NCBI RefSeq assembly: GCF_016432865.1
Contig: NC_067398.1
Span: 175,956,001-176,020,000 of the forward strand
DNA: 64,000 bases
Direction of reading: 5' to 3'
From: Antechinus flavipes
Lineage: Eukaryota
Each line of letters opens with the position of its first letter. Position 1 is the stretch's first letter. The notes beneath the pieces were generated by a model. It was not told where the DNA came from. It saw only the letters and a program-made list of their open reading frames with translations, and ran no database searches. Positions 24,954-36,780 of the stretch are shown piece by piece. A program made the translations under genes and the position numbers.

Positions 24954-27575
24954 GTACGTTTTGGCAAGGCCCCATTACTATTTCCTGACTCTATCCAGAG
25001 CAAAAAGTGGTCCAGGAAAAAGGACATCAATGTTTCTTTGGTCTGTCTCATTTAGCTTGTTTTCTCTTAGCATTTAGGGTACTTTTATCACTCAGGATTC
25101 TAACTTTAACAACATACTATTTTATGATACTATCTAGAAATAAGTCAGAAGGTTTCTCCCTTTGCTTTCCCCTAATCTTCAATCCTGATGACCCATGAAT
25201 CTGGGAAAGGATTCAGATTAAGCCAGGTGGAAATGAATATAGAGAGAGGTAAAGTCCTGCTGTTCATGAAAATGCAAATTAAGCAGAGCCTGTCCTGCCC
25301 TCCTGGAACTGGCTTTTCTTCTGATTAGTGAATTTTAATCTCTCTAGAAGCTCATTTATTTTTTACTGAAAAATTTCCTCTAGGAGTGGAATTGTACCTA
25401 TTCTTGAATAATACTTAGTAATAGATCTTTTCTGATTTCCCTTTATTTCAGAACTAAGATTTAACATCACATCATATTTATGATGCTTCCTATTCATATT
25501 TTAAACTATTGGATTTTTCCATAGGACCTCACCTATCTAATTGGGTTTGCAGAAGCAACTTTCACAGATTCATGGGGTCATAGAAATGTGGAACTAAAAG
25601 GGACTTCAGTCAAACAACCAAAAGTCCAGAGTCACATGGTTAGTGTCAAAGGTGAGATTTAATTCCTTCTTGATTTCAAATTCAATGTTGTATCCACTGT
25701 ATCACACTGCTACCACACAAGTAATAAACATCAGAATTGAAATTTGAACTCAGATACTGGGCTTCAGAATCAATGGTGTTTCCAGTTGTTTCTATTGACT
25801 ATGACTCACAGTTTATCCTCCTCAGAAAGAAAAAAAAATTCAAAATGCTGTAGTTGAAAGAATACTGAATTTAGAGTCATAAGCTGTGGAATCAGATATT
25901 GCCTCTACTGCTTACTTCTCTGGTCATTAGTTGTCATATTTAAAAATAAAGGATTGCATAAAGCAACCTTCATAATACTTAAATCAACTCTAAATATAAA
26001 CCTATTTGTCCTTGAGGCTCAGCTAATGAAACATTACAACTCAGAGACAAGAATAGTTTCAATATTTTGTTGTACAAACTGAAGAATATCTAAGATCCAT
26101 CAAACACTATCTATTTGTGGTTATTTTTAGGTATTTTTAGATAGTAATTAGAAGCATACCGAACAAACTGATAATTATCAATTTCAAAGACTAGCAGAAT
26201 AAAGTAATGAAGTGATTTTGGATGGATAGTCAGCAAGATTTAGTAAGTATAAGGCCCTCGCTAAACCCTAAACATATAAAGATAGGCAAAAACACAACCC
26301 CTACTTTCAAAGATCTCACATTATAAAGGGGGGGGGGGGAGACAAGGTACCATAGCCTATGTACCTACATAGAAAAGTTATACAGAATAAGTGGGATATT
26401 TAAGATAAAGTTAATAGGAAGTTGATAGATGATGCCTGGGATAATTTTATTCAGAATCTTGTGGAATTATTCAGAATCTTTTGTAGATAAGACAATGTTT
26501 TTTTGGTGTGAGTTCAATAAATTTGGGAATTGAGGATAGTAATATATAAAATTATGCAAAATGTTGCCAAAAAAACCAGATAACTGATAAAAATACTTTT
26601 GTTATTTATTTAATATGTAAACTTTTTTCCTAAGAAATTGTCTGAAATACATGGATGTTAAATGATTTCCTAAGGATCATAAAACTATTTTTCTTAAGCC
26701 CAGAACTATGCCAAGTTGCAATTTAATACATGGTAAGGGATAAAGATTAGATTTGTGATGTCATTTATGCAGAAAACTCCCAGGTGAGGAAAGTACTTCT
26801 GCAGATTAGGCTTTCTTTGCAAATTTCAGTCTTAATAGTCTAGAGATTGAGAGAAACCGGTTGAATTGCTATGGGAAATAACAGCTTCTGAGTATGTATC
26901 AGAAGCAGAACTTGAATCTCTGTCTTTTGGAGGCCAGGTCTCTATCAGCTACACTATGGTGCTTAATATGTGAGCCATTTGCCTTTTGATATATGAATAG
27001 TTTTTTTAAAAAGCTCTATCATTAGCTTGATGAAATCAACCATTAAAGCCATTGATTGATGGCCTGGCCTATTTGTGAGGTCAAAGATAATTATTTCATC
27101 TTTATTATTATTTGGCATATTTTTGGCATCAGCTTATGAGATGATTCTGCATTCTCAGTCTTCAGAAGTCACTTTGGTAATCTGCCCATCCTTCGTACTA
27201 GTATCACTTAGTAACTTCTAAGAGTAGAGAAGTCAATTTATTCCCAATAATGAATGACTTCTGCATTCAGCATTACTCATCAAAAACATTTATACAGAAA
27301 CTCTGGCCAGAACTTGGCATTTGAGACTCTGAGAAATTATTATTTAAAGAGATTGAACCTGGGGGGAGAGGGCACCAGCTATATTTTCCCTGAATACAAA
27401 GTTAAGAGTATGTTCTTTTTTTATTTTAAAGTCTCAAAGACCAAATCTTTATAGTTAGTAAAAGACCAAGAAAAACCTACTCTAAGAAAATTCTTTAAAA
27501 AAAAAATGTAGGGTTTGTTAGGTTCTATGCAATTGGTTATTCTAAAATTACATATCTTGAGTCAAGCATTTATTT

Positions 27576-30169
27576 ATTTAAATTGAATAATTAATTTGAC
27601 TCCCCCAATTACATTCAAAACAGTTTTTTTTTTACATTTATTTTTAAGATTTTTGAGTTCTGGGTTCTCTCCCTTATCCACACCCACAATTAAGAAACCA
27701 CATATGAAGTTATGCAAAACATTTCCATAAAAGTCAAGATGTGAAAGAAAACATAGATCTCCCAACCTAATGAAAATTACAACTCTCAAGAAAAAATAAG
27801 TTAAAAATAGAAAGCTAGAGAGAGAAATAAAGAATGCTTCAATAAGTTCTTCAAAGTAGTTGTAACAAAGTCATTTACAGCTGGTCATCCTGGAATATTG
27901 CTCTTACTTTGTATACAGGATATTTCATTTTGTCTTTCCATAGAGGACTTTCCAGTTTTTTTTTTTTTTTCTGAGAGCATGCTGCTCATCATTTCCCAGA
28001 GAAGAATAATATTTCATGAGAGAAACTTGCTTCAAAATTGTTTTACAATTGCTATTACTAATTGTATTTTCCCCCATTTATTCTCTCTCTCCTTTTACCC
28101 TGTCCCTCCTCAAAAGTGTTTTGCTACTGACCACTCCTTCCCCTTCAAATGCCCTCTATTTTATTACCTTACCCACTTCCCTTATCCCATTCCCCTCCTA
28201 TTTTCCTACAGGATATGTTATATCCCTATTAAGTATGTATGTTATTTCCTATTTGAGCTAATTCTGATGAGAGTAAGGTTCACTCACTCACTTTCTTTTC
28301 CCTCTCTTCCCCTTCATTGTAAAAATTTTGTCTTCCTTTTTTTAATGGCAAATAATTTGCACCATTCCACTTCTCCCTTTTCCTTTCTCCCAGTACATTC
28401 TTCTTTCACCCCTTATTTTCATTATTTAAAAAAAATATATTACCCTTTTACATTCAACTCACATCTGTACCCTTTGTTTATATATACTCCTTCTAATTGT
28501 CATAATAATGAAAATATTTTAAAGAATTACAAGTATCATCCTCCCATGGAGGAATAGAAATAGATAAATCTTATTAAGTCCCTTATGATATCACTTTCCT
28601 GATTATCTCTGAATGCTTCTCCAAAGTCCTCTGTTTGAAAATCAAGTTTTTCATTCAACCCTGATCTTTTCATCACAAATGCTTGAAAATCCTCCATTTC
28701 ATTGAATGACCACCTTTTTCTTTGAAGGATTATACTCAAGTTTCCTGGATAAGTAGTTCTTGGTTGCAATCCTAGCTTCTTTGCTCCCTGGAATATCATA
28801 TTTCAAGCCCTTCAGTTCTTTAATGTAGAAGCTGCTTAATCTTGTGTTAGTCTGACTGTAGCTCCACTATATTTGAATTTTTTTCTTTCTGGATGCTTGC
28901 AATATTTTCTCTTTGACCTGGGTGTTCTAGAATTTGGCTATAATATTCTTGGAAGTTTTTATTTTGTAATCTCTTTTAGGTAGTAATTAGTGGATTTTTT
29001 CAATTCATATTTTATCTCTAGAATATCAAGTTTTCCTTGATAATTTCTTGAAAGATGCTGTCCAGCCTCTTTTTTTTTTTTTTTGATCATGACTTTTGGG
29101 TAGATTACTAATTTTAAAATTATGTCTCCTGAATCTATTTTCTAGGCCAGTTGTTTTTCCAATGAGATATTTTACATTTTTTCTATTTTTTTCCAGTTTT
29201 TTTTTTTTTTTTGGTTTTGCTTTATTGTATCGTGATTTCTCATAAAGTCATTTGCTTCCATTAGCTACATTCTATTTTTTAAGAATTATTTTCCTCAGTG
29301 AGCTTTTGTATCTTTTTTCCCAATTGGCCAGTTTTGCTTTTTAAGGCAGTCTTCTCCTCATGAGCTTTTTGTATTTTCTTTTGCACCTCTTTCAATTCTT
29401 TCCCTGATTTTTCCTCTGTCTCTCTTACTTGATTTTCAAAGATCCTTTTGAGCTCTTTCATGGCCTGAGCCCAATTCTTATTTTTCTTGGAGGTTTTGAA
29501 TGTAGGAGCTTTGACGTTGCTACTATCTTTTGACTGTGTGTTTTAATCCTTCTTGTCACCATAATAACTTTCAATAGTCAGAAACTTTTTTTGTTTTCTG
29601 ATCATTTTCCTAACCTATTACTTTGCTTTTAAGTCTTTGTTTACGCAGGGTTCTGTTTCCAGGGTGGATGATGCATTGTCCCAAGCTCCAGGGGTTTTGT
29701 GCATCTGTTTCCAGAAATCCTTTTAGGAATCTGACCGCAAGCACTCTTTTCTGCCCTGGAGCTATTGGATGTGTCCCCATCCCACTGTAAGACAGTGGGG
29801 CTCCGATGACCCCACCAGCATTGGTATTGCACACCAGATTCCCACCCCACTGCCACAGACCTTTTCATTGACCTGAGTTCTCCCTGGTGTCCCCGTTCTG
29901 AAAGATCCAGAAGCCTCCAGCACTGCTGATTCAGAGGTCCTAACTTGCTGGTATTGGGGTCAGGCCAGGCCTGGGGTCAGAGCCAGAGCTGGATCTGCAC
30001 TGGAACTGCTTGAAGGCCTCCCACTCTGGTTCCATAGACCTTTTCTGCTGAGCTTCTAAGTTGCCCTCAACTGGAAAATGTTCTACTCTGTCTTTTTGGG
30101 TGTTCAGATTTTCTAAAATTTGTTTAGAGTCATTATTTAAAGGAATCTTTGGTTCTACCTCAAAGTGCA
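27576..30169 (-). mobile_element. Full-length HAL1 (half-L1, ORF1-only) retrotransposon
   Basis: 5' UTR, then decayed L1 ORF1, then about 950 nt of 3' UTR with no ORF2. Candidate 14-bp TSD tcaagcatttattt (27562-27575) / tcaaacatttcttt (30170-30183). Confidence 0.8.
28536..29605 (-). pseudogene. Disrupted L1-type ORF1p coding region of HAL1
   Basis: N-terminus MIRKQKKFLTIESYYGDK, coiled-coil KELKRIFENQVRETEEK, C-terminal domain IFQGAKKLGLQPRTTYPGNLSIILQRKRWSFNEMEDFQAFVMKR; contains stops and frameshifts. Confidence 0.85.
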
Positions 30170-30869
30170 TCAAACATTTCTTTAACTCCTTTTTCTATTA
30201 CAGAACAATGTTTTCACCAGTGTGAAAAATTCCCACTAGGAAAACTTCTTTTAGTTAATGCAGATCATCAACTCATGTGGAATTTATAGTTTTAGAAAAT
30301 TGTTTAGTATACTGAGAAATTTAGTTGCCTTGCCCAGGGGGTGCCCAACTATTATGTGTTAGAGGCAGGTCTGAACTCAGGACTTGGGTTCAGGCCTTCC
30401 TGATTGTCTGATGATCATACTTTTTCTCACATAATCATAACTTACTCACTGATGCTAATTCCATTAACACCAGGTTCCATTTAGTCATGTTCCCTTCCTA
30501 GTTCAAAGACTAACTCATTGTTTTGATTGCTTTCCTAACAGTCCAGTTTTACAAAGTACTACTTCAAAAACAAGCTAGAATGTAATACAGATTACTGAGG
30601 AAATGATTAATGAGCATAGGCACCTCTTCAGAGTCTATATTAGGTTAAGAGGAAATGTTCCTCAAAATCACACAAAATGAAGGGGACCTATTCTAATTTG
30701 TTGTACTGAAGTGATCTTAGAGCAAAAAAGATTTCATTTTCTGAAAATCTTAAGTACAATATAAATTTTAATTACAATGATTTTTATTAGTGCATTGGTT
30801 TTATGTACTGAAAAATAAAAATAATGAAATGAAAAAGACACTATTTGACCAAAAGTGTCTATGTCAGCC

Positions 30870-31090
30870 AGATGGTATAATAGAGAATAGACCTGGAGTC
30901 AAGAAGAACTGAGTTCAAATCCTCCCTCAGGTACTCATTAGCTATTAGAGACTGGACAAATTACTTAACCTTTCTCAGCCTGTTTTCTCATTTATAAAAA
31001 GGGGTTAATAATAGTGCCTGTTTCATAGGGATCAAATGAGATATTAGGTTCTTTTTCAAACCTTACAGTACTATATAAAGACTAGCTATT
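30870..31090 (+). mobile_element. MIR SINE
   Basis: gacctggagtcaagaagaactgagttcaaatcc...ttacttaacctttctcagcc. Confidence 0.8.
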
Positions 31091-31639
31091 ATTATTTATC
31101 ATCATTATCATCATCATCATCATCACTTTTTCCATGAATGGCAATTTAGTGTCAATGGCAAAATAATGGCAAATTAAATGTTAATTACATTGAAATGGCA
31201 AAATAAAGCAAAAGTATTTTTTAATATGGAGAAAAGAAAAGCTGAGGAAAAAAGGTTTTTCATGCAAAATGAAGCTTGGGAAATACATTAGATATGATCT
31301 ATAAGAGAAAATGAATAGTCGGGATCCTGTCAATCGTTGGTCAATAGCACACTTTTTCTCCTAGATTCATCCCTCTGCTCTATTCCATGTAACTAAGGCT
31401 AAAGCAGGGGCCAAAAAGCTGCTACTACCACATGATAGAATGAACACTGGTTGTCTAAGAACCACTCTAGCTCAATTTGGAGAAACTCATTATCACCATT
31501 TTTGCCACAATTCTCAAAGATCACTTAGTAAATGATAAAGCAGTTGAAATCTATAATTCATGGAGGGAGTATGGCTATTACCAAAATCATATGTGTTTGC
31601 TGATTTGAAATTAAACAACGTATAGGAGATTTCAGTGAG

Positions 31640-32010
31640 GAAAACAGAGTTTAAAAAAGGTTATATTGGCAACTGTATTTGACAGAAAATAGTCTTGAGT
31701 CAAAATAATGAGTTAAGAACCTGAGTTAGTGCTTGAATTGTGGTAATGGAGCCCTAGACTAGGGTTGTAGCGTGTGAAAGCAGAGAGAAAGAGGGTGGAA
31801 TTTAATACTTCCAAGGAAATATTGACAGGTCTTAATGATAAGTTGACTATGTAGGATAAATGGGAAAGTATAATTAAAGATACATCAGAATTATAACTTT
31901 GAGTGTGTGGGAGCTGGAAACAAGATGGTTATGCTGACAACACAGGGAATGTTAAGAAGGAGCTTGGGTATATAGGAAGAGAGATAATAAGTTCAGTCTT
32001 TGTCATAGTA
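31640..32010 (-). mobile_element. L2 internal fragment
   Basis: Purine-rich pattern typical of antisense L2 (ggaaatattgacaggtcttaatgataagttgactatg). Confidence 0.5.
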
Positions 32011-32902
32011 ACTAAAATCTTGATAGGTTATTGAAGTGGATGACAGTTATACTCAATAAGGATAACTACAGATATAAAGAAGACTGTCTTTATCTCAGTC
32101 AGGAGTTCATACTGTACTTTGGATAGATATGAACTGAGTGAACCTGGGTAAGTAACTTTATCTTTCAATGTACCCAAAAGCTCTCTAAGACTATAAGTTT
32201 ACTAAAAAATGTCTATCTGCATTGATATGAGTTTCATCATCTAGGAATTCCCTGAATTAAGAAAATCACAGACCTAGTCTCTAGACTATTAAAGAACTTT
32301 CATTGTAGGTTCTTACATAGAATCTTACATAGCCAACTTTTTGTAATCAGGAGGAGTAACCCAAAAACTTTATTTTAGCTAATTTTCATTTCTTTTTCCA
32401 CTAAGTATTTTTTCAGGACTATTCTCAAAGAAAGTCTAAGTCTTTCATTTCACCTATGCTCTTTCCCACCATAGCTGGTGGGCTATGTAAGTCCTTGGAA
32501 GAGGCTGACAAAAGAAGAAAGAGACAATCCAGGAAATGGTTAATACACAAGTAAGATAATCAGTCAGAAGATAAGAAGAAAGTGTGGTTATGTCTTAGGA
32601 CCATTTGACCAAAAAATCTTGAGCATCTAGCAAGAGATATAGTATTTTCCTAAGAAAGCATTTAACTATGGAGGAGAAATTAAGGCATAGTCTAGTCTTC
32701 TTGGGAAGAGGGGGCACAGGAAGAGAAATGTAGACCAGTATTATGAATCCCATGTCTTCTTTTATATTTGTAAGGGAAGACTTATATTTGGATTCTGAAG
32801 TAGGACTCTAATCATCTATAATGGAGAAGAGGCTGTGGGGCTTTTGTTTGTTTTTTTTAAAGACTTCAACCTAGCATCAGAAAAAGAAATATGATAAATG
32901 AG

Positions 32903-33690
32903 TGTTGGAATCTTTACAAACTGTTAACTCACTAGAGTTGATAGATTGTTGATCTGATCTTACAAGAAGATGTTTCAGAACCTGAAACAAGGTACTAAGT
33001 AGAACTAATTGATACAATGCTTGTGTTCACACCTTTACTCATTGGAGTTCACACGTTTGGGAAATTTCAGGGTTTAGTATGCGATATCTGAATTCACACC
33101 TCCCTTTAAGCTCTTAGGGCCAGAGAGCACTATGGGAGAAAACCCATAATCCCATTCTCTCAGAAGAGTCATATATAAACCAGTGAAAAGGGATTCAAAA
33201 GTATATTTTCTACTTGGCTGGCTGGTGGCGGAAGAAAGAGTTTTCAGAGGAAGAAGCTACGAGTCGAGAGTTCAGCAGACAACCAGATTCATCTTCATCT
33301 CACACCACTGTGGTTGGTGGCTGGGCTCCTGCACCTCCCCCACTGAGACCAAGCTGGTCTGAAAGACTCACCAGAAAGCTAGCCAAGCCCCAAATGAAGG
33401 AGACAAGAGATTCATTCCATCTTTGTGCTGGCTGGAGGCAGAAGAAAGCAGAGGCAGAGGCTAAAGGACAAAACCTTTGGATTTGGAGACATTCGGAGGG
33501 CTCTAAGCTAACCGGGCTATATTAGAGACAATAAAAGATCTGAACTTTTATTACCTGGCTGCGTTTTGAGGTGATTATTACTTTCAACTGATACTTAAGC
33601 TGCCTCCAAGAAAACCTCCCCCGAGAAACCTGTACCCTCTCACCCAGAGAGAACTATTCTACTTATTTTAAAAGAACAAGAACTCTTACA
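32903..33690 (+). mobile_element. Solo LTR of an endogenous retrovirus, 788 bp, 6-bp TSD
   Basis: TG...CA termini, exact TSD aatgag (32897-32902 and 33691-33696), TATA-like catatataaa near 33170, AATAAA near 33530. Confidence 0.9.
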
Positions 33691-33993
33691 AATGAGCACA
33701 GAATCATTACTTGGGGTGAGGGAGACTAGATAAGAAGCCACCTCCAACAATGTTACTTCCCATGGTTGGAATAAATGACCCTGCAAAACTCTGACTCATT
33801 CAGTCAATAAGCAGGTTCTATGTGCATGTACTATGCTAGATTGAGAATTTAAAGCTAATAATTAATGGATTAAATAGAAAAATAGATACATATACTATGG
33901 TTTTGACAATGTGCTTGAATAACTCAGATGTTGATTTTTGAATATAGATCATAGAATCAGATTATTATCAAAATGTCAAGAGTTTAATGAATA

Positions 33994-34130
33994 NNNNNNN
34001 NNNNNNNNNNNNNNNNNNNNNNNNNNNNNNNNNNNNNNNNNNNNNNNNNNNNNNNNNNNNNNNNNNNNNNNNNNNNNNNNNNNNNNNNNNNNNNNNNNNN
34101 NNNNNNNNNNNNNNNNNNNNNNNNNNNNNN
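33994..34130. other. Assembly gap
   Basis: N run. Confidence 1.
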
Positions 34131-34699
34131 GAGTGTTCTGAATCATGCTCTTCCCTCATATTGGGCTGGCCATTGACAGACATTTTAATAATGTAATTGT
34201 TTTGTATTTGTCTAGGTGTGTTTGTTTCTGTGATAAATGTTTCATTGCTACTATCCTCTAGGGTATTCACATAAAGGAAGGTGTTCATCTCAATGGAGTT
34301 TTAGCCATGCTACAATTAAAGTAAAATGCAACCAATAAAAATTAACATAGTTATGTTTGAAAATTAACTAGTTGATGGCTTCTTGGACCTTATTGATGAC
34401 TACCTAGATATTTGGGGGTCATTATGAAGCCAAAACAATTCAAATAAGAAATAAGAAATTTAGTACCTGTAGACTTTAATTGAAGGTCTTTTTAACTTTC
34501 TTCAGAGGAATTTGACTTCGTTGGTAAGACCTAATATTAATTGGTAAGATTTGACATCAGATCCTGTCAGTAGCCTTTTCTCCCAATTTTGGCTATTCCT
34601 TTGAAGTATATAATCATTGGGTGACATGTTTAATGACAGATATTCATGCAGAGAATGCACATGAAGTAAAAATTTGGGCATAGTTCCCTAAACAAATTC

Positions 34700-35010
34700 T
34701 TAGCCCAGAGTCTTTATACTGCCTGTCCCCAGCCTGTAATGAACTCCCTTCTTACCTCTGCCCCTTAGAGTCCCTTTCTTCTTTCAAAACTCAACTCAAA
34801 GATCAATGTCTTGCAAAGATCAAGAAATCTTTTTCAGATGATAGTGATCCTCTCTCCCATCTCTCTTCATATCTCTGGATATACCTTTATGTATATGTTT
34901 CCCTTGATGGAATGAAAGTTCTTTCAGGACACTTTAATTTTTGACTCTGTAGCCCCAATGTCTAGAAATGTCTGGCATATGGTAGCACTTAACAAATGTT
35001 AGTTGATTAT
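34700..35010 (+). mobile_element. L2 3' region
   Basis: ctttcaaaactcaactcaaa...ggcatatggtagcacttaacaaatgttagttgatt. Confidence 0.7.
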
Positions 35011-35429
35011 TTAGGTGCTGAGTAGGCCTTTTTTTACATGTCTGTCAAGGGGGAAAGGAAAAAGATGAGGAAACTAAGGAACATCCATCCATGCTTGGAG
35101 ACTGTACCTACTGCCATGAGTGCATCATGAAAATCTGTTCAGTTTCCTTTGGGTAGAAGTAGCTTGATCCTGTTTTACTCTCTCAATCACTAACTCAGAA
35201 ATGCCACTCAGGAATTGGAAGGTGGCTCATAGCATCATGAAATTACTGAATTGAAATAGACCTTAAGGATCACCTAATCATTTTGACTTCAAATCCAGTG
35301 TTCTTTCTGTTACACCACTAAATACTAAGAATTTAAAAAGGCAATTGATGGCTCTAAGATCCAGGGAATTTGCAATATATCCAAATGAACTATTGCAAAG
35401 TGCATTAATAATCAAAGCATAGTATTTTC

Positions 35430-35670
35430 ACTTTTTTTGGTTGTTGTTTGATTGCTTGTGTGTTTTTTCCCCTTTTGATCTAATTCCATATGGAAATATG
35501 TTTAGAAGAATTGCACATGTTTAACCTACATTAGATTTCTTGTTGTCTAGGGGAGGGGAATGGGGAAAGAGAGAAAATTGGGAATACAAGGTTTTGCAAA
35601 GATAAATGAAAACTATCTTTTCATGTATTTTGAAAAATAAAATATTATTTTAAAAACCAAAAAAAAATGG
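35430..35670 (+). mobile_element. Short L1 3' UTR fragment
   Basis: gaagaattgcacatgtttaacctacattag...ggttttgcaaag...gaaaaataaaa plus A tail; similar to 58400-58600. Confidence 0.85.
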
Positions 35671-35762
35671 ATCAATGAAAGAAACTAATACTTTAAGGGC
35701 CATTTTGGTTTTCTGTGTTGGCAAACAAGTTTTTGCAAGTGTTATTTAATAATGCATTGAAT

Positions 35763-35905
35763 TGGGGCAGATAGATGGTACAGTGGATGGAGCAATAGCT
35801 CTGAAGTCAGAAGGACTTGAATTTAGATTCTGACACAGACTTTTGGAACTTAGTATCTGTGTGATCTTGGGCAAGTCACTTAATCCAAGTTATTCTTAAA
35901 AAAAA
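35763..35905 (+). mobile_element. WSINE1-like short SINE
   Basis: ggggcagatagatggtacagtggatggagc...gggcaagtcacttaatcc plus A tail. Confidence 0.8.
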
Positions 35906-36104
35906 TAGAGCACTCATTTCACAGTTTTTACTTGAATGAAAGAATGTAAAGAATATAAGATTTCATTGAACTTATTTTTTATCACAAAAAATAACATTTG
36001 ATATAATAGAGCAAAATCTTATCCTGAAGGCTCTTTTTCCAATAAGATATCATTCATTTGTACTTCAAAATCAAGCAATATTCCTTGAGAACTATAATTT
36101 CAGA

Positions 36105-36780
36105 GGTAACCAGGTGGGTGCCATGGATTGAGTGCTAGATCTGGATTTAGCCTCAGTCATTTACTAGCTCTGTGTCCCTAAGTAAGGGCAGTTAAGTGGC
36201 CCAATGGATAGAGTTCTAGGCCTGGAGTCAGGAAGGTGTTTGCTGTTGAGCCATTTCAATCATGGCTGACTCTTGGTAACCGTGTTTTGGACTTTTCTTG
36301 GTAAAGATGGTGAAATAGTTTGTCATTTCTTTCTCTATTTTTGTTTTATGAATATAATCATGAACTCATGAAGATGAGTCTTCTTATTTCAAGCACAGTG
36401 CTCTATCCAGTGTGCCACCTAGCTCCCTGAATTCAAATCCAGCCTTAGATACTTACTAACTGTGTGATCTTCAGCAATTCATCTAACCCTGTTTGCTTCA
36501 GTTCCTTCATCTATAAAATAAGCTACAGAAAGAGATGACAAATTACTCGAGTATCTTTGCCATGAAAACCCCCAAATAAAGTCATGAAAAAGAATCAGAT
36601 AGGTGAAATGACTGAATAGCAACATGCATCCCTGAGTACATCACAATCTCTATAAGACTCCTCAATTGTAAAATGTGGATAACAATAGCAAAGTTGTTGT
36701 GAGAATCAAATGAAATAATACTTGCAAAGTACTTAGCACAGCACCTGTCATAATGCAGCTACTTATTAAATATTTGTTTT
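36105..36780. mobile_element. Nested SINEs: MIR containing MAR1(+) containing MAR1(-)
   Basis: Heads and cores are interrupted and resume in register. Confidence 0.7.

Noticed and set aside
26446-26485. Short direct duplication attattcagaatctt (similar case near 43974-44008)
   Set aside because: Typical slippage micro-duplication with no sign of function.
27898-28557. 219-aa plus-strand ORF
   Set aside because: Antisense to the HAL1 3'UTR; low complexity.
33214-33525. 103-aa ORF
   Set aside because: Lies inside the solo LTR; no gag, pol or env similarity.
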